NCBI GenBank assembly: GCA_964540655.1
Contig: CAZINR010000001.1
Span: 5,067 to 69,066, forward strand
DNA length: 64,000 bases
Reading direction: 5' to 3'
Origin: an uncultured archaeon
Lineage (GTDB): Archaea > Altiarchaeota > Altiarchaeia > JAFGQM01
In this document: in pieces, positions 1-10,064 of the stretch
Layout of the letters: every line of letters starts with the position of its first letter
Numbering within the stretch: the first letter of the stretch is position 1
Program-made: the position numbers and the translations under genes
The notes under the pieces: generated by a model
What the model was told of the DNA's origin: nothing
The model's input: only the letters and a program-made list of their open reading frames with translations
Database searches by the model: none

Positions 1-670
1 AAAGCCCGATAAGGAGCACCCGTTCGGACATCACCGGGCGGAGCCGGTAGCTGCGCTCATCATCGCCATACTGGCCGGCATATTGGGCTTCGAGATAATC
101 AAGGAGGGTTTCATGGGTCTCTTTGCTTCACAGGCCCACATTTTCAGCATATTTGGGATCACCGCACTTCTGACTAGCATGGCCGTCAAATCCGGCATGT
201 GGGCCTATTTCAAGCGCGTGGCCAAGCGTCTGGACAGCCCGGCGATATCGGCCAGCTCGGTGGACAGCAGGAATGACGTTCTGGTTTCATTAGTGGCGCT
301 ATTGGGGTTTTCCGGACCGGCGATGGGTTTGCCGAATCTGGATTTCTACGCGAGCATACTGATAGGTGCCTTCATAATATGGTCCGGCTACGAAATCGGC
401 TCCAAGAATATAGACTACTTGATGGGCAGCTCCCCGGGTTCGAAGAAGCTTAAAGAAATACGAGAAAAAGTGGAATCTATAGAGGGCGTTCTGGGGATCC
501 ACGATACCCGCGCGCATTTCGTCGGCAACTATCTGCACGTGCAGATACACATAGAAGTGGACAAGGACCTGCATACGGACAAGGCCCACGAGATAGGCAA
601 GAGGGTCGAGACGGCCGTGGAGGGCATACCTTCCGTCGATAAGGCCTTCGTGCACATAGACCCGAAATAG
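1..670 (+). CDS. Cation diffusion facilitator (CDF) family metal efflux transporter, C-terminal part (5' end outside window)
   Basis: Reading frame is open from position 2 (KPDKEHPFGHHRAEPVAAL...), in frame with the 83..670 ORF. TM region followed by a cytoplasmic CDF-type C-terminal domain (HDTRAHFVGNYLHVQIHIEV). Confidence 0.7.
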   Translation, partial: KPDKEHPFGHHRAEPVAALIIAILAGILGFEIIKEGFMGLFASQAHIFSIFGITALLTSMAVKSGMWAYFKRVAKRLDSPAISASSVDSRNDVLVSLVALLGFSGPAMGLPNLDFYASILIGAFIIWSGYEIGSKNIDYLMGSSPGSKKLKEIREKVESIEGVLGIHDTRAHFVGNYLHVQIHIEVDKDLHTDKAHEIGKRVETAVEGIPSVDKAFVHIDPK

Positions 671-719
671 CCGACCTGAAGGCTTTTTAAGGCCGAGCGG
701 CAAAATATCGAGGTTCAAA

Positions 720-905
720 ATGGCAGTGAAAATCGAACAGACGATTGACGATTGCATAGGATGCGGGGCCTGCGTGGCCGTGTGCGACAACTGGGAGATG
801 GGCTCGGACGGCAAGTCCCGCCCCAAGGAGACCGAGCTCGACGAGGCCGGCTGCAACAAGGAGGCCGCGGACGTCTGCCCCGTCGGATGCATACACATAA
901 AATAA
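720..905 (+). CDS. Small 4Fe-4S ferredoxin-like protein
   Basis: 61 aa with CIGCGACVAVC and CPVGC cysteine clusters typical of 4Fe-4S ferredoxins. Confidence 0.6.
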   Translation: MAVKIEQTIDDCIGCGACVAVCDNWEMGSDGKSRPKETELDEAGCNKEAADVCPVGCIHIK

Positions 906-958
906 GATTCAGCCTTATCTTAAAAACCTATTTTTCTAAAACGCCTTCCTAGATTTAC

Positions 959-1180
959 ATGGCCGACATAGAGGTGGATTGTGTCAACCAGACCTGCCCC
1001 GTCCCGCTCATAGAGACGAGAAAGGCCATAAATTCGGCTAAAAAGGGTCAGACAATAGAGGTCAGAGGGACCCATCCCGCCTCGAAGAAAGAGATACCGA
1101 TGGCGGTCGAGGCGATGGGACTGAAGCTGCTGAAGGTCGAGGGGCCAGACAAGGACTGGAGAATATTAATAAAAAAATGA
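959..1180 (+). CDS. tusA: TusA-like sulfur carrier / sulfurtransferase
   Basis: 73 aa, N-terminal CPVPL (CPxP) motif and size typical of the TusA family. Confidence 0.7.
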   Translation: MADIEVDCVNQTCPVPLIETRKAINSAKKGQTIEVRGTHPASKKEIPMAVEAMGLKLLKVEGPDKDWRILIKK

Positions 1181-1602
1181 AAAAGCCGAAGAAGACCACC
1201 ATAGTATTGCATTCCGGGGACTTCGACAAGGTCTATAGCGCGCTTATAATAGGCACAGGCGCTCTTTCCATGGGCATGGAGTGCTCCATCTATTTCACCT
1301 TCTGGGGCCTGCAGCGCCTGAGGAAGGGTCAGCTATCCGGCGGCCCGCTATCCAAGATGAACATGCTCGGCCTGGGCAAGTGGTTCATGAGTAGGAAGAT
1401 GAAGGCCGCCAATGTCGCTCCGCTCGAGAAGCTGATAAAGGACTTCAAGGAGCTGGGCGGCAAGATAATCGCCTGCGACATGACTATGGAGGTCATGGGG
1501 TGCAGCATGGAGGACCTGGACAACGAGCTCATAGACGAGTGCGGGGCCGTCGGCACCTACATCAAAGAGGCGGCAGAGTCCGACATAAACCTATTTATAT
1601 GA
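1177..1602 (+). CDS. DsrE/DsrF-like family protein
   Basis: 141 aa; 4-nt overlap with the upstream TusA gene; DsrE-like fold signature (IVLHSGDFDK...GMECSIYFTFWGL...ACDMTME). Classic TusA-DsrE pairing. Confidence 0.55.
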   Translation: MKKPKKTTIVLHSGDFDKVYSALIIGTGALSMGMECSIYFTFWGLQRLRKGQLSGGPLSKMNMLGLGKWFMSRKMKAANVAPLEKLIKDFKELGGKIIACDMTMEVMGCSMEDLDNELIDECGAVGTYIKEAAESDINLFI

Positions 1603-1657
1603 GCAGAAGTAATAATATTCACTCCCTTATATTAAACTACCAGCGCCAACCTTAAGC

Positions 1658-1807
1658 ATGGAAACTGTCAAGTGCTGTCCTAAGTTCATCAAGAACGGAC
1701 CATGCGGAGGCTACGAGGATAGCCGGTGCGAGGTCCACCCGGACAAGAAGTGCATCTTCGTGGCCGCATGGGAGCGCAATCCCGACAGCCTGAGGAGGGA
1801 GATATGA
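1658..1807 (+). CDS. MetV-like zinc-ribbon small subunit associated with methylene-H4F reductase (MTHFR_C-like)
   Basis: Manually translated 49 aa: METVKCCPKFIKNGPCGGYEDSRCEVHPDKKCIFVAAWERNPDSLRREI. Cys-rich, and the stop overlaps the metF ATG (ATGA). Below the 60-aa cutoff of the ORF track. Confidence 0.45.
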   Translation: METVKCCPKFIKNGPCGGYEDSRCEVHPDKKCIFVAAWERNPDSLRREI

Positions 1808-2604
1808 GTTTTGTCGACAAACTCGGGAAAGAGTTCATAGTCACCGGGGAGGTGGAGCCAGAGGCGGCAGTCTCAGACTCGTTCCTGAAGAAAGCCGAGA
1901 AGTACGAACCGCACGCCGATGCGATAAACGTAATCGATTCCCCCCTAGGCATACCGCAGGTGTCTTCCCTCGCCGCCTCTCATCTTCTGAAGCAGAACGG
2001 ATACGAGCCGATCTTCCAGATATGCGCGCGAGACCGCAACCGGACTGCGATAGTCAACGACCTGCTGGGGGCGAATCTGCTAGGGATAGAAAACGTCCTT
2101 GCCATAACGGGCGACTATCCGCAGGAGTCCAAGCCGGTCTACGAGTTCGATTCTGTCAGCCTCCTGCGTCTGATTAAGAAAGAGATGCCCAAGAGCTATA
2201 AGGGATTCGGCATGAATGTGGGGGCCGCCTACAACCCCATGGCGCAACCGAACGAGCCGGAGCAGATAAAGCTGGAGAAGAAGCTGAAGTATGCCGATTT
2301 CATTCAGACCCAGATGGTCTTTGATTTGGAGAAGCTGGAGAGCAAGGTCGTCAAGAGGAACAGGAAGAAGATAATAGTCGGAATCTTCCCGCTCATACCC
2401 GGCATAGCCGACTACTTCAACAAGAACATCCCCGGGGTGAGCATACCGAGGGAAATGTCCGATTCGATAGAAACCGAGGACGACGGCGTCAGGTTGGCAA
2501 ACGACCTGGCGCTGGAGGTCAAAGAGCGCGGCTTCGCGGGCGTGCACCTGATGGTGTTCAAGATAGAGGACAGGATCGGCGAGATTTTGCAGGGTGTAGT
2601 GTAA
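1804..2604 (+). CDS. metF: 5,10-methylenetetrahydrofolate reductase (MetF family)
   Basis: MSFVDKLGKEF...ICARDRNR...ITGDYPQ; TIM-barrel MTHFR motifs. Start chosen at the internal ATG 1804 rather than the track start 1726. Confidence 0.8.
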   Translation: MSFVDKLGKEFIVTGEVEPEAAVSDSFLKKAEKYEPHADAINVIDSPLGIPQVSSLAASHLLKQNGYEPIFQICARDRNRTAIVNDLLGANLLGIENVLAITGDYPQESKPVYEFDSVSLLRLIKKEMPKSYKGFGMNVGAAYNPMAQPNEPEQIKLEKKLKYADFIQTQMVFDLEKLESKVVKRNRKKIIVGIFPLIPGIADYFNKNIPGVSIPREMSDSIETEDDGVRLANDLALEVKERGFAGVHLMVFKIEDRIGEILQGVV

Positions 2605-2608
2605 CCGC

Positions 2609-2851
2609 TCACTTCTCTCCCAGTTGCTTCAGCCTGACCTTCTTGTTCCTCTTCCTGCCCCTCCGCATCTTTCTCAAACGCTCTACCCGCTTCGGATTGG
2701 TGCTGCTGGGCTCCGTCTTGGCCAACTCTGCTTTCCTCTCCTGTTCTCTCCTTTCTCTATGGGGTTTTTGGAGGACCCAAGGGTCAAAAGCCTGAAAGAA
2801 CCAATTAAGCCCTTCGTTCTTGCTGGTAGTTCTGACTACTCTCCTGGGCAT
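2609..2851 (-). CDS. Possible small basic protein (80 aa), hypothetical
   Basis: C-terminal part of a long minus-strand ORF that does not overlap mtd: MPRRVVRTTSKNEGLNWFFQAF...KRVERLRKMRRGRKRNKKVRLKQLGEK. Purine-rich coding strand. Could be spurious. Confidence 0.2.
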   Translation of the reverse strand: MPRRVVRTTSKNEGLNWFFQAFDPWVLQKPHRERREQERKAELAKTEPSSTNPKRVERLRKMRRGRKRNKKVRLKQLGEK

Positions 2852-2889
2852 TGAGTATTTATGGTAAAGGGCAATATAAGTGCTATTTC

Positions 2890-3744
2890 CTACTTTGAAA
2901 GCTCTCTCGCCAATATAAGCGAGTCGTTGTAGTCGTAGAATTTGATTTCCTGCAGCGCCCTCTTTAGCATCTTCTTCTCCACCAGGTTCTTCAAATCCCC
3001 GATTGCGCACGGTCCCAGGCCCTTGGCGCCGCCGATGCGGTCGCCATCCATGTCCGGCTTTATGCTCTCTATGCCATAGGGCTGTATGGCATTTACGTCC
3101 GCAACTATCTTGGGGCTCAACTTGGAGAGTGTCTCCGAGTCCATCAACTGGGTGGCTTTGGCGCCCGTGGCTAGAATGATGTCCGCGTCCTTGCAGGCGG
3201 CTGCCCTCTCCGAGACGTTCATACCCTGCGCGCCCGTGACCTTCCCGCGCACGTCGTCTGAGAGCTTGTTGGCTATCTTGGTGGCCTTGTCTTTGGTCCT
3301 TGAAGTTATCGTAACCTCCGCCCCCAGATTCCTCAGGAGCAGCGCGGATATCTGCCCTATGGGCCCCGTCCCGGCCAGTATCGTGACTTTCTTTCCTTTG
3401 AGGCTGCCGGCCAGCTTCTCTATCTTGGCTATGGTCGCAGCTGCGGTCGTGCATGCCCCGTTGGGATCGAATATCACCGACATGCTGAACGGGTCGCGCA
3501 GCATGCGCTTCAGCTTCTGGAATATCTTCTCGGAGCCGTCCAAGTCGCTCCCCACCATTATGACGGTGTTCCTGAGTCCCTCCTCGTCTCTGGCGAACAT
3601 GGCATTGTGGATGATGTAATCCACATTATCAGCCGTCACACCGGCGTAGGGTATAACGGCATCATAGTCGGCGTCCAGGGCAAGGAGTAGGTCGAAGGGA
3701 TTGGCTACCTTGTTCGTGTCCAGGTAAAGCAGCGCCTTCTTCAT
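2890..3744 (-). CDS. NAD(P)-dependent methylene-H4MPT / methylene-H4F dehydrogenase, MtdA/FolD-like
   Basis: 284 aa; Rossmann motif KVTILAGTGPIGQISALLLRNLGAEVTITSR; size and layout of MtdA-type dehydrogenases; lies next to fae-hps. Confidence 0.5.
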   Translation of the reverse strand: MKKALLYLDTNKVANPFDLLLALDADYDAVIPYAGVTADNVDYIIHNAMFARDEEGLRNTVIMVGSDLDGSEKIFQKLKRMLRDPFSMSVIFDPNGACTTAAATIAKIEKLAGSLKGKKVTILAGTGPIGQISALLLRNLGAEVTITSRTKDKATKIANKLSDDVRGKVTGAQGMNVSERAAACKDADIILATGAKATQLMDSETLSKLSPKIVADVNAIQPYGIESIKPDMDGDRIGGAKGLGPCAIGDLKNLVEKKMLKRALQEIKFYDYNDSLILARELSK

Positions 3745-3750
3745 TTAGCC

Positions 3751-4953
3751 TTACTCCCAGTGCGTCCTGTACAGATCTGTGTCCTCGCCCAGAAGGGACA
3801 GCAGCTCCCTCGCGGCCCTCTCCGGGTCCTTCGACTGGGTTATGTACCTGCCGACTATCAGTATGTCGGCTCCGTTTATGAGCGCCTGCTTGGCGGTCTT
3901 GGGGTTTATGCCCCCGGCCACGGCGCACAGAATCTTGTCGGATACCTCGGACTTTATCTGTTTTATCAGCTTCCAGCGGGCGTCTTCCGACTGCTCTTCC
4001 TTGCCCCTGCCGGAATCCACGTTCCTGTGAAGAATGACCACGTCCGGCTGCTCCTTGAGTTCCTTGAGAACGCCCTTCGGGTCGCCGACGTTCATCATGT
4101 CCACGTAAGCGTAGATGCCCATACGATGCGCCTCGTATACTACGTTGTTTATGGTCTCTTTCGTGGACAATCCAGAGACGACCACCGCGTCGGCGCCCTG
4201 GTTGTAGGCGATGTCCACCTCTACCTTCCCCACGTCCAGGGTCTTCAAGTCCGCTATGAGGAATGTGTCGGACCTGACCTTCCGTATGTCCTTGAGGCCC
4301 CTGACGCCCCATTCCTTGATGAACGGTGTGCCGGCTTCCAGCAGCACCATGTCGTTGCGAGGTATCTGCTCGACCACCCTCTTTATCGCCGACAGATCGG
4401 TTATGTCGAGGGCTATCTGCAGGTACGGCGGCCTCCATAACCGCGTCATCTTGACCCCGGCTATCGCGTGGGTGGCCCTGTCCTTTTCGAAGTTTATCTT
4501 CTTCAAACTCGGGTATTTGTCCAGAGCCCTCTTTATAGCCATCTTGGTGGCAGAGTAGTTGTAGCGGTATATCCTATCGAAACTCTCCGCCTCAGGGTGT
4601 ATGAACACCGAGGCTATTATGACGTAATCTTCTGAGTATTCCTCGGGTATGGTGCCTTCGGAGACCGAGTCCGCGACCGCCTTCGCGACCGCCGCCTGGG
4701 CCGGCCCGAATATCTTGCCGGCGTCGTCTAGGTTCTTGACAGTGACTTTCGGTATTATCAAAGTAGCGGGCTTCGGTATTAGATTGGGCCGGATGACCGC
4801 CAGCAACGGGGTGTGGCCCTGCGAAAGCTGCGTCATGCCGTTCAGAAACGCCGACCCGACCGGGCCGTCCTTCTTCCCTATGGTCAAGTCCACGTGCGCT
4901 AACTCGTTGCCCTCTCCGACCAATGCCTCGCCGATCAAAAAATCGTTTTCCAT
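3751..4953 (-). CDS. fae-hps: Bifunctional formaldehyde-activating enzyme / 3-hexulose-6-phosphate synthase (Fae-Hps fusion)
   Basis: N-terminal Fae signature (IGEALVGEGNELAHVDLTIGKKDGPVG...GHTPLLAV) and C-terminal OMPDC-like Hps domain (LQIALDITDL...LLEAGTPF...ADLKTLDVG). Confidence 0.8.
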   Translation of the reverse strand: MENDFLIGEALVGEGNELAHVDLTIGKKDGPVGSAFLNGMTQLSQGHTPLLAVIRPNLIPKPATLIIPKVTVKNLDDAGKIFGPAQAAVAKAVADSVSEGTIPEEYSEDYVIIASVFIHPEAESFDRIYRYNYSATKMAIKRALDKYPSLKKINFEKDRATHAIAGVKMTRLWRPPYLQIALDITDLSAIKRVVEQIPRNDMVLLEAGTPFIKEWGVRGLKDIRKVRSDTFLIADLKTLDVGKVEVDIAYNQGADAVVVSGLSTKETINNVVYEAHRMGIYAYVDMMNVGDPKGVLKELKEQPDVVILHRNVDSGRGKEEQSEDARWKLIKQIKSEVSDKILCAVAGGINPKTAKQALINGADILIVGRYITQSKDPERAARELLSLLGEDTDLYRTHWE

Positions 4954-4968
4954 TATCTCCTCCAGTTA

Positions 4969-5373
4969 TTAAGCGTTCTTGGACAGCTTCACCGCCGATT
5001 CCACACCTCTCTTGGCGTAATCGTCTATCCTGCTCATGGCCTGCGCGCGCGTCTGGCCCGGTCCGCTGACCCCCAGTCCCACCGGCTTGTCGTATTCGAG
5101 CGACAAGTCGGTCAGCTTCCTTGCGAGCTGCCCGGCTATGACCTCGTCGTGTTCGGTCTCCCCCTCTATTATCGCGCCGAGCGCCACGACCGCGTCTACG
5201 CCCTTGTTCTTCAAGAGCTTTTTGACCATGATGGGCATGTCATATGAGCCGGGCACCGCGGCGACCTCTACCACCTTCGCACCGAGCAGTTTGGCGTGCT
5301 CCTTGGCCCTTTCCAGCATGGCGCTGGTTATGTCATAGTTAAACTCAGAAACAACTATACCAAGATTCGTCAT
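4969..5373 (-). CDS. ribH: 6,7-dimethyl-8-ribityllumazine synthase
   Basis: 134 aa; [13 protein letters not shown]...VPGSYDMP...[12 protein letters not shown], lumazine synthase motifs. Confidence 0.85.
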   Translation of the reverse strand: MTNLGIVVSEFNYDITSAMLERAKEHAKLLGAKVVEVAAVPGSYDMPIMVKKLLKNKGVDAVVALGAIIEGETEHDEVIAGQLARKLTDLSLEYDKPVGLGVSGPGQTRAQAMSRIDDYAKRGVESAVKLSKNA

Positions 5374-5421
5374 TTTTAGAAACCCCTATAATTTGTTTTT
5401 GTTTGAATTAAAATAAAAGCC

Positions 5422-6146
<725 letters not shown>

Positions 6147-6164
6147 TTATTACTAAAAGTAATA

Positions 6165-7382
6165 TCATTCCTCGAAGTGCCCCAGCTTGCGCTTCTTGGT
6201 GTTGATGTATCGCTCGTTGTGCGGGTTCGTCGGCAGGTAGAGCGGCACCCTCCCCACTACCCTCAGCCCGTAACCTTCGAGCCCCACAATCTTCCTCGGA
6301 TTGTTCGTCATCAACCTTATGGTGCTCAGCCCTAGGTCTCTCAGTATCTGGGCGCCGATGCCGTACTCCCTCAAATCGTCCTCGAAACCCAGGGCGTGAT
6401 TGGCCTCGACCGTGTCCAGGCCCTCATCCTGCAAGGCATACGCCCTCATCTTGTTCCTCAGGCCTATGCCTCTGCCCTCTTGCCTCATGTACAGAAGGAC
6501 TCCCTCGCCCTCCTCGTCAATCCTCCGCAAAGCCTCGTGCAGCTGCTCCCCGCAGTCGCATCTCAGGGAACCCAGCAGGTCGCCGGTCAGGCACTCGGAA
6601 TGAACCCTCACCAAAACGTTTTTCTCACCCTTGACATCTCCCCTGACAAGGGCCAGATGGTCCTTGTCGTCCACTACCGACCTGTAAAGAATGACTTTGA
6701 AATCACCGTGTCTGGTCGGAAGTTTGGCCTCGGTGATCCTCTCGATTAGCGGCTCCTTCTTCTTGCCTATGTATGTCTTGTCCTTCCTTATGCGGTACTC
6801 TATCAAATCTTCGATAGAGATTATCTTCAGACCGTGCTCATCGGCGAACTCTTCTAGCTGCGGGAGCCGGGCCATGGCCCCGTCCTCTTTGATTACCTCG
6901 CAGATGACACCGGCCGGATAGAAACCGGCCAGACGTGCCAGGTCCACCGCGGCCTCGGTATGGCCTGCCCTTTTCAGCACCCCACCCTCCTTTGCGCGCA
7001 GGGGGAATATGTGCCCAGGGCGACTGAAGTCCTCGGGCCTAGCCAGCGGATCCAGGAACTTCCTTATGGTGCGCGCGCGGTCATGAGCGGATATGCCGGT
7101 GGTCGTCCCGTCTTTCGCGTCTATAGAGACGGTGAAGGCAGTCTCTTTCTTGTCGGTGTTGTCCTTCACCATCTGCCTGATGTCCAGCTCGTCCAGACGG
7201 TCCCCGGAGGAGGCTAGACACACTAGTCCGCGGCCCTCTTTTATCATGAAATTGACCGCTTCTGGCGTCACCTTCTCGGCCGCCATAACCAGATCGCCCT
7301 CATTCTCCCTGTTCTCGTCGTCCACGACTATCACCATCTTCCCCTCTTCGATGTCCCCTATGGCCTCTTCTATCTTGTTCAC
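6165..7382 (-). CDS. ribBA: Bifunctional 3,4-dihydroxy-2-butanone-4-phosphate synthase / GTP cyclohydrolase II
   Basis: 405 aa; N-terminal DHBP synthase ([18 protein letters not shown]) and C-terminal GCH II (CDCGEQL...RGIG) motifs. Confidence 0.85.
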   Translation of the reverse strand: MNKIEEAIGDIEEGKMVIVVDDENRENEGDLVMAAEKVTPEAVNFMIKEGRGLVCLASSGDRLDELDIRQMVKDNTDKKETAFTVSIDAKDGTTTGISAHDRARTIRKFLDPLARPEDFSRPGHIFPLRAKEGGVLKRAGHTEAAVDLARLAGFYPAGVICEVIKEDGAMARLPQLEEFADEHGLKIISIEDLIEYRIRKDKTYIGKKKEPLIERITEAKLPTRHGDFKVILYRSVVDDKDHLALVRGDVKGEKNVLVRVHSECLTGDLLGSLRCDCGEQLHEALRRIDEEGEGVLLYMRQEGRGIGLRNKMRAYALQDEGLDTVEANHALGFEDDLREYGIGAQILRDLGLSTIRLMTNNPRKIVGLEGYGLRVVGRVPLYLPTNPHNERYINTKKRKLGHFEE

Positions 7383-8443
7383 TTTTTCGCAGGATATCCC
7401 AGCAGGAGGAAATCTTCCCCCACCCTCTTCATCTCCACCCGCTCCAGGCGAGTGGCGTCTTTTATGTTCTTCGCCCCTCGACCGGTTATCACAGCCCCAC
7501 TCCCACTGATTATCTTCGGGGATATGAAGAACATGACTTTGTCCACTATGCCTGCGTCGAGGGCCGAGCCGATGAGCTCCCCCCCACCCTCTACCATTAT
7601 GGAGGTTATCTCCTCTGAGACAAGCTCTCCCAAGAGCTTCTTCAAATCCACTTCGCCATCGACATCATCCACGACCACGACCCTTTTCCCCCTTTTCCTG
7701 AGGGCCTCTATCCGGTCCATGGGAGCTTGGTTGGTCGTAGCTATTACAGTCTTGGCATCGTTGTTCAGTATCTTGGCGTCAGCCGGGATTCTCAGTCTGG
7801 AATCAGCGACAATCCTTATGGGATTTTTGCCCTCGCAGGTTCGGCAGGTCAATTCCGGGTCGTCCTTCAGGACAGTCTCAATCCCCACCATTACCGCGTC
7901 CACCTGCGCGCGCAAGTCGTGGACCGCACTCCTGGCTTCTTCGCCGGTTATCCACCTCGAACTCCCATCAGCCGCGGACATCTTGCCGTCCGCGGACAGC
8001 GCCGCCTTTGCGATTACGAACGGCTGCTTGGTCGTTATGAACTTCTCGTATGCCTCGTTCATCTCTCTCGCTTCCATCTCTAGGATTCCCTTCTCGACTT
8101 CGATGCCCGCGCGCGACAATTGCGCTATCCCCCGGCCCGAGACCTTCGGGTTCGGGTCCTCGGAGGCGATGACCACCCTGTTCACGCCCGCCTCGATTAT
8201 CGCGTCCGTGCAGGGAGGCGTCCTCCCCTCGCAGCAGCAGGGCTCCAGGGTGACGTACATGGTCGCACTCCTCGCCTGTTCCCTAGCCCCCTCCAGGGCC
8301 TTCACCTCGGCGTGAGCTTCTCCAGCCTTCTCGTGAAACCCGCTCCCCACTATTTTCCCGCTCTTGACTATTAAACATCCCACCGCGGGGTTCGGTGATG
8401 TCCTGCCCAGCCCCTTCCTGGCCAGATTCAGCGCCTCGCGCAT
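7379..8443 (-). CDS. ribD: Riboflavin biosynthesis deaminase/reductase
   Basis: CMP/dCMP deaminase zinc motif (HAEVKAL...TLEPCCCEG) plus a C-terminal RibD reductase domain. Start placed at the Met of [11 protein letters not shown]; the 152-aa N-terminal extension of the track ORF 7379..8899 is judged spurious. Confidence 0.75.
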   Translation of the reverse strand: MREALNLARKGLGRTSPNPAVGCLIVKSGKIVGSGFHEKAGEAHAEVKALEGAREQARSATMYVTLEPCCCEGRTPPCTDAIIEAGVNRVVIASEDPNPKVSGRGIAQLSRAGIEVEKGILEMEAREMNEAYEKFITTKQPFVIAKAALSADGKMSAADGSSRWITGEEARSAVHDLRAQVDAVMVGIETVLKDDPELTCRTCEGKNPIRIVADSRLRIPADAKILNNDAKTVIATTNQAPMDRIEALRKRGKRVVVVDDVDGEVDLKKLLGELVSEEITSIMVEGGGELIGSALDAGIVDKVMFFISPKIISGSGAVITGRGAKNIKDATRLERVEMKRVGEDFLLLGYPAKK

Positions 8444-8600
8444 ATATTCCTCGTCAGAATTCACGTTTAAACAGCCATATAATTCAGAACAACGGCTAAA
8501 AATCAGAATTTTCCACCGGTCTATTGACCTGTGGTTTTTGACAGGTGCCGCATCGGCGATGGTCCATATTTGTTCATTTAGACTCATAATATACGAAAAG
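8444..8600. promoter_or_regulatory. Divergent intergenic promoter region (ribD <-> DHPS-like gene)
   Basis: 157-bp AT-richer spacer with TATA-like elements (tttaaa, atataat) and a 6-bp inverted repeat acctgt-N8-acaggt. Confidence 0.3.
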
Positions 8601-10064
8601 ATGTCCGAACTCCTTCTGATAACGGGGAAGCTCGCAGAGGAGCAGGTCAGGGAATGCGCGCAGGAACTGGGCGCGGATGTCCTCGCCCTCCCAGTCAGCG
8701 TCGCCCAGTTCATCGGCCCCAAATTGGCCAGTTCCAGGATAAAAGATTTGGGCAAAACATACGGCCGCATAATCTTCCCCGGATTAGTCAGATTCGACGT
8801 GTCAAAGGTGGAAAGAGAGGTGGGCATGCCCTGCTTTAAAGGGCCCAAGCACCCCTGTGACCTCATCGAGGTTCTGAAAAAGGGCCTGCACCTATCCAAG
8901 ACGCAATCCGCGGACGCCCTGATGGAGAAATCGGGGGAAGAGGATTACAAAAAGCTGGTTGAAGAGGCTGAAAAATCGCACAAGGGCCTCACGGTCGGCG
9001 GACTCAAAGTCGCCGGCGGCCTGCCGCCCCGGATAATCGCGGAGATAGTCGACGCCCCCCTCCTCTCCGACGAGCAGCTCACAGAGCGCGCGCAGTATTA
9101 CCTCAACTCGGGCGCAGACATAATAGACGTGGGCGCGATAGCCGCGGAAGACAATTCCAAAAGACTGGGGCAAGCTGTCGCTCTTCTCAAAAAGAGGTTC
9201 TCCGTTCCGGTGAGCATAGACGCCCTAAACCCGAAAGAGATAAACGCGGGGATAGGGGCTGGAGCGGAATTGGTGCTCAGCCTGTGCGGCAGGAATATGG
9301 AGCAAGTCACAAAATCCGATGATGTCGCTTATGTGGTCATCGCAGAGGAGGACGAAGACCTGCGTGACAATATAAGGCGCGCGCAGGAGCTCGGCTTCAA
9401 GAACCTCATAGCCGACCCCATACTCGCCCCCCCGTTTAGAATAGCGCGGTCTCTGGCTGAATATCGCTCATTCGCCCAGGCCCCAGGCATGCCCCTCCTG
9501 ATGGGCATAGGCAACGTCACCGAGATGATGGATGTGGACTCTCCGGGCGTGAACGGCCTTCTGGCCGCTATAGCCGTAGAGCTGGATGTCTCCCTGATGC
9601 TGACTACAGAGAACAGCCACAAGACCCGCAATTCGGTAAGGGAGCTGAAGCGGGCAATAAAGCTGATGTTCCTGGCGAGGTCCAAGGGAACCCTTCCCAA
9701 GGACCTGGGCTTCGACCTCCTTCTCGCCAAGGGCAAGGGGGAGGGCCTGTCTTTTGATTTGGGAGATGCAAAGGTGATGCAGGTTCTCGACAGCAGCCAG
9801 GGCTTCAGACCCGACCCGAAGGGCCATTTCAACGTCTTCGTGGACTTCGGTAAAAACAAGATAATCGCCGCCCATTTCAAGGACGATTTCGACCGGGTCT
9901 TGTCGGGAGACAGCGCCGAGGCCTTATCAAAAGAGATAATAGACAAAGGCTTGGTATCTGACCTAAACCATGCCGCTTATCTGGGCAGGGAGCTGCAGAA
10001 GGCGGAACTTTGCCTCAAACTGGGCCGCGGGTACGTTCAGGACGACGATTTGCCCGGCTTGTGA
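8601..10064 (+). CDS. Dihydropteroate-synthase-like pterin-binding protein with C-terminal extension (H4MPT/folate-type cofactor biosynthesis)
   Basis: Start at MSELLLITG (ATG 8601). Central DHPS/Pterin_bind-like region (GADIIDVGAIA...VPVSIDALNP) plus a roughly 150-aa C-terminal domain, as in archaeal MJ0107-type proteins. Confidence 0.5.
   Translation: MSELLLITGKLAEEQVRECAQELGADVLALPVSVAQFIGPKLASSRIKDLGKTYGRIIFPGLVRFDVSKVEREVGMPCFKGPKHPCDLIEVLKKGLHLSKTQSADALMEKSGEEDYKKLVEEAEKSHKGLTVGGLKVAGGLPPRIIAEIVDAPLLSDEQLTERAQYYLNSGADIIDVGAIAAEDNSKRLGQAVALLKKRFSVPVSIDALNPKEINAGIGAGAELVLSLCGRNMEQVTKSDDVAYVVIAEEDEDLRDNIRRAQELGFKNLIADPILAPPFRIARSLAEYRSFAQAPGMPLLMGIGNVTEMMDVDSPGVNGLLAAIAVELDVSLMLTTENSHKTRNSVRELKRAIKLMFLARSKGTLPKDLGFDLLLAKGKGEGLSFDLGDAKVMQVLDSSQGFRPDPKGHFNVFVDFGKNKIIAAHFKDDFDRVLSGDSAEALSKEIIDKGLVSDLNHAAYLGRELQKAELCLKLGRGYVQDDDLPGL

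Noticed and set aside
299-898. 199-aa minus-strand ORF overlapping the CDF transporter and ferredoxin genes
   Set aside because: Antisense to two well-supported genes; S/A/L-rich composition typical of high-GC antisense frames.
2609-3454. 281-aa minus-strand ORF overlapping the mtdA-like gene
   Set aside because: Overlaps mtdA in another frame with Arg/Gly/His-rich junk composition; only its non-overlapping C-terminal 80 aa was kept as a low-confidence candidate.
3662-4438. 258-aa and 226-aa ORFs antisense or out of frame to fae-hps
   Set aside because: Gly/Arg-rich low-complexity translations inside a strongly supported Fae-Hps gene.
8444-8600. FMN riboswitch upstream of the rib operon
   Set aside because: No RFN-element conserved blocks visible and FMN riboswitches are not expected in archaea; treated as a plain divergent promoter region.
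7379-8899. Track ORF of 506 aa for ribD
   Set aside because: The first 152 codons are low-complexity (S/T/C-rich) and unlike any RibD N-terminus; the conserved deaminase start ([14 protein letters not shown]) begins at the Met at 8443, so the CDS was trimmed to 7379..8443.
9329-9946. 205-aa minus ORF inside the DHPS-like gene
   Set aside because: Antisense to a gene with clear domain signatures; Ser/Arg-rich.
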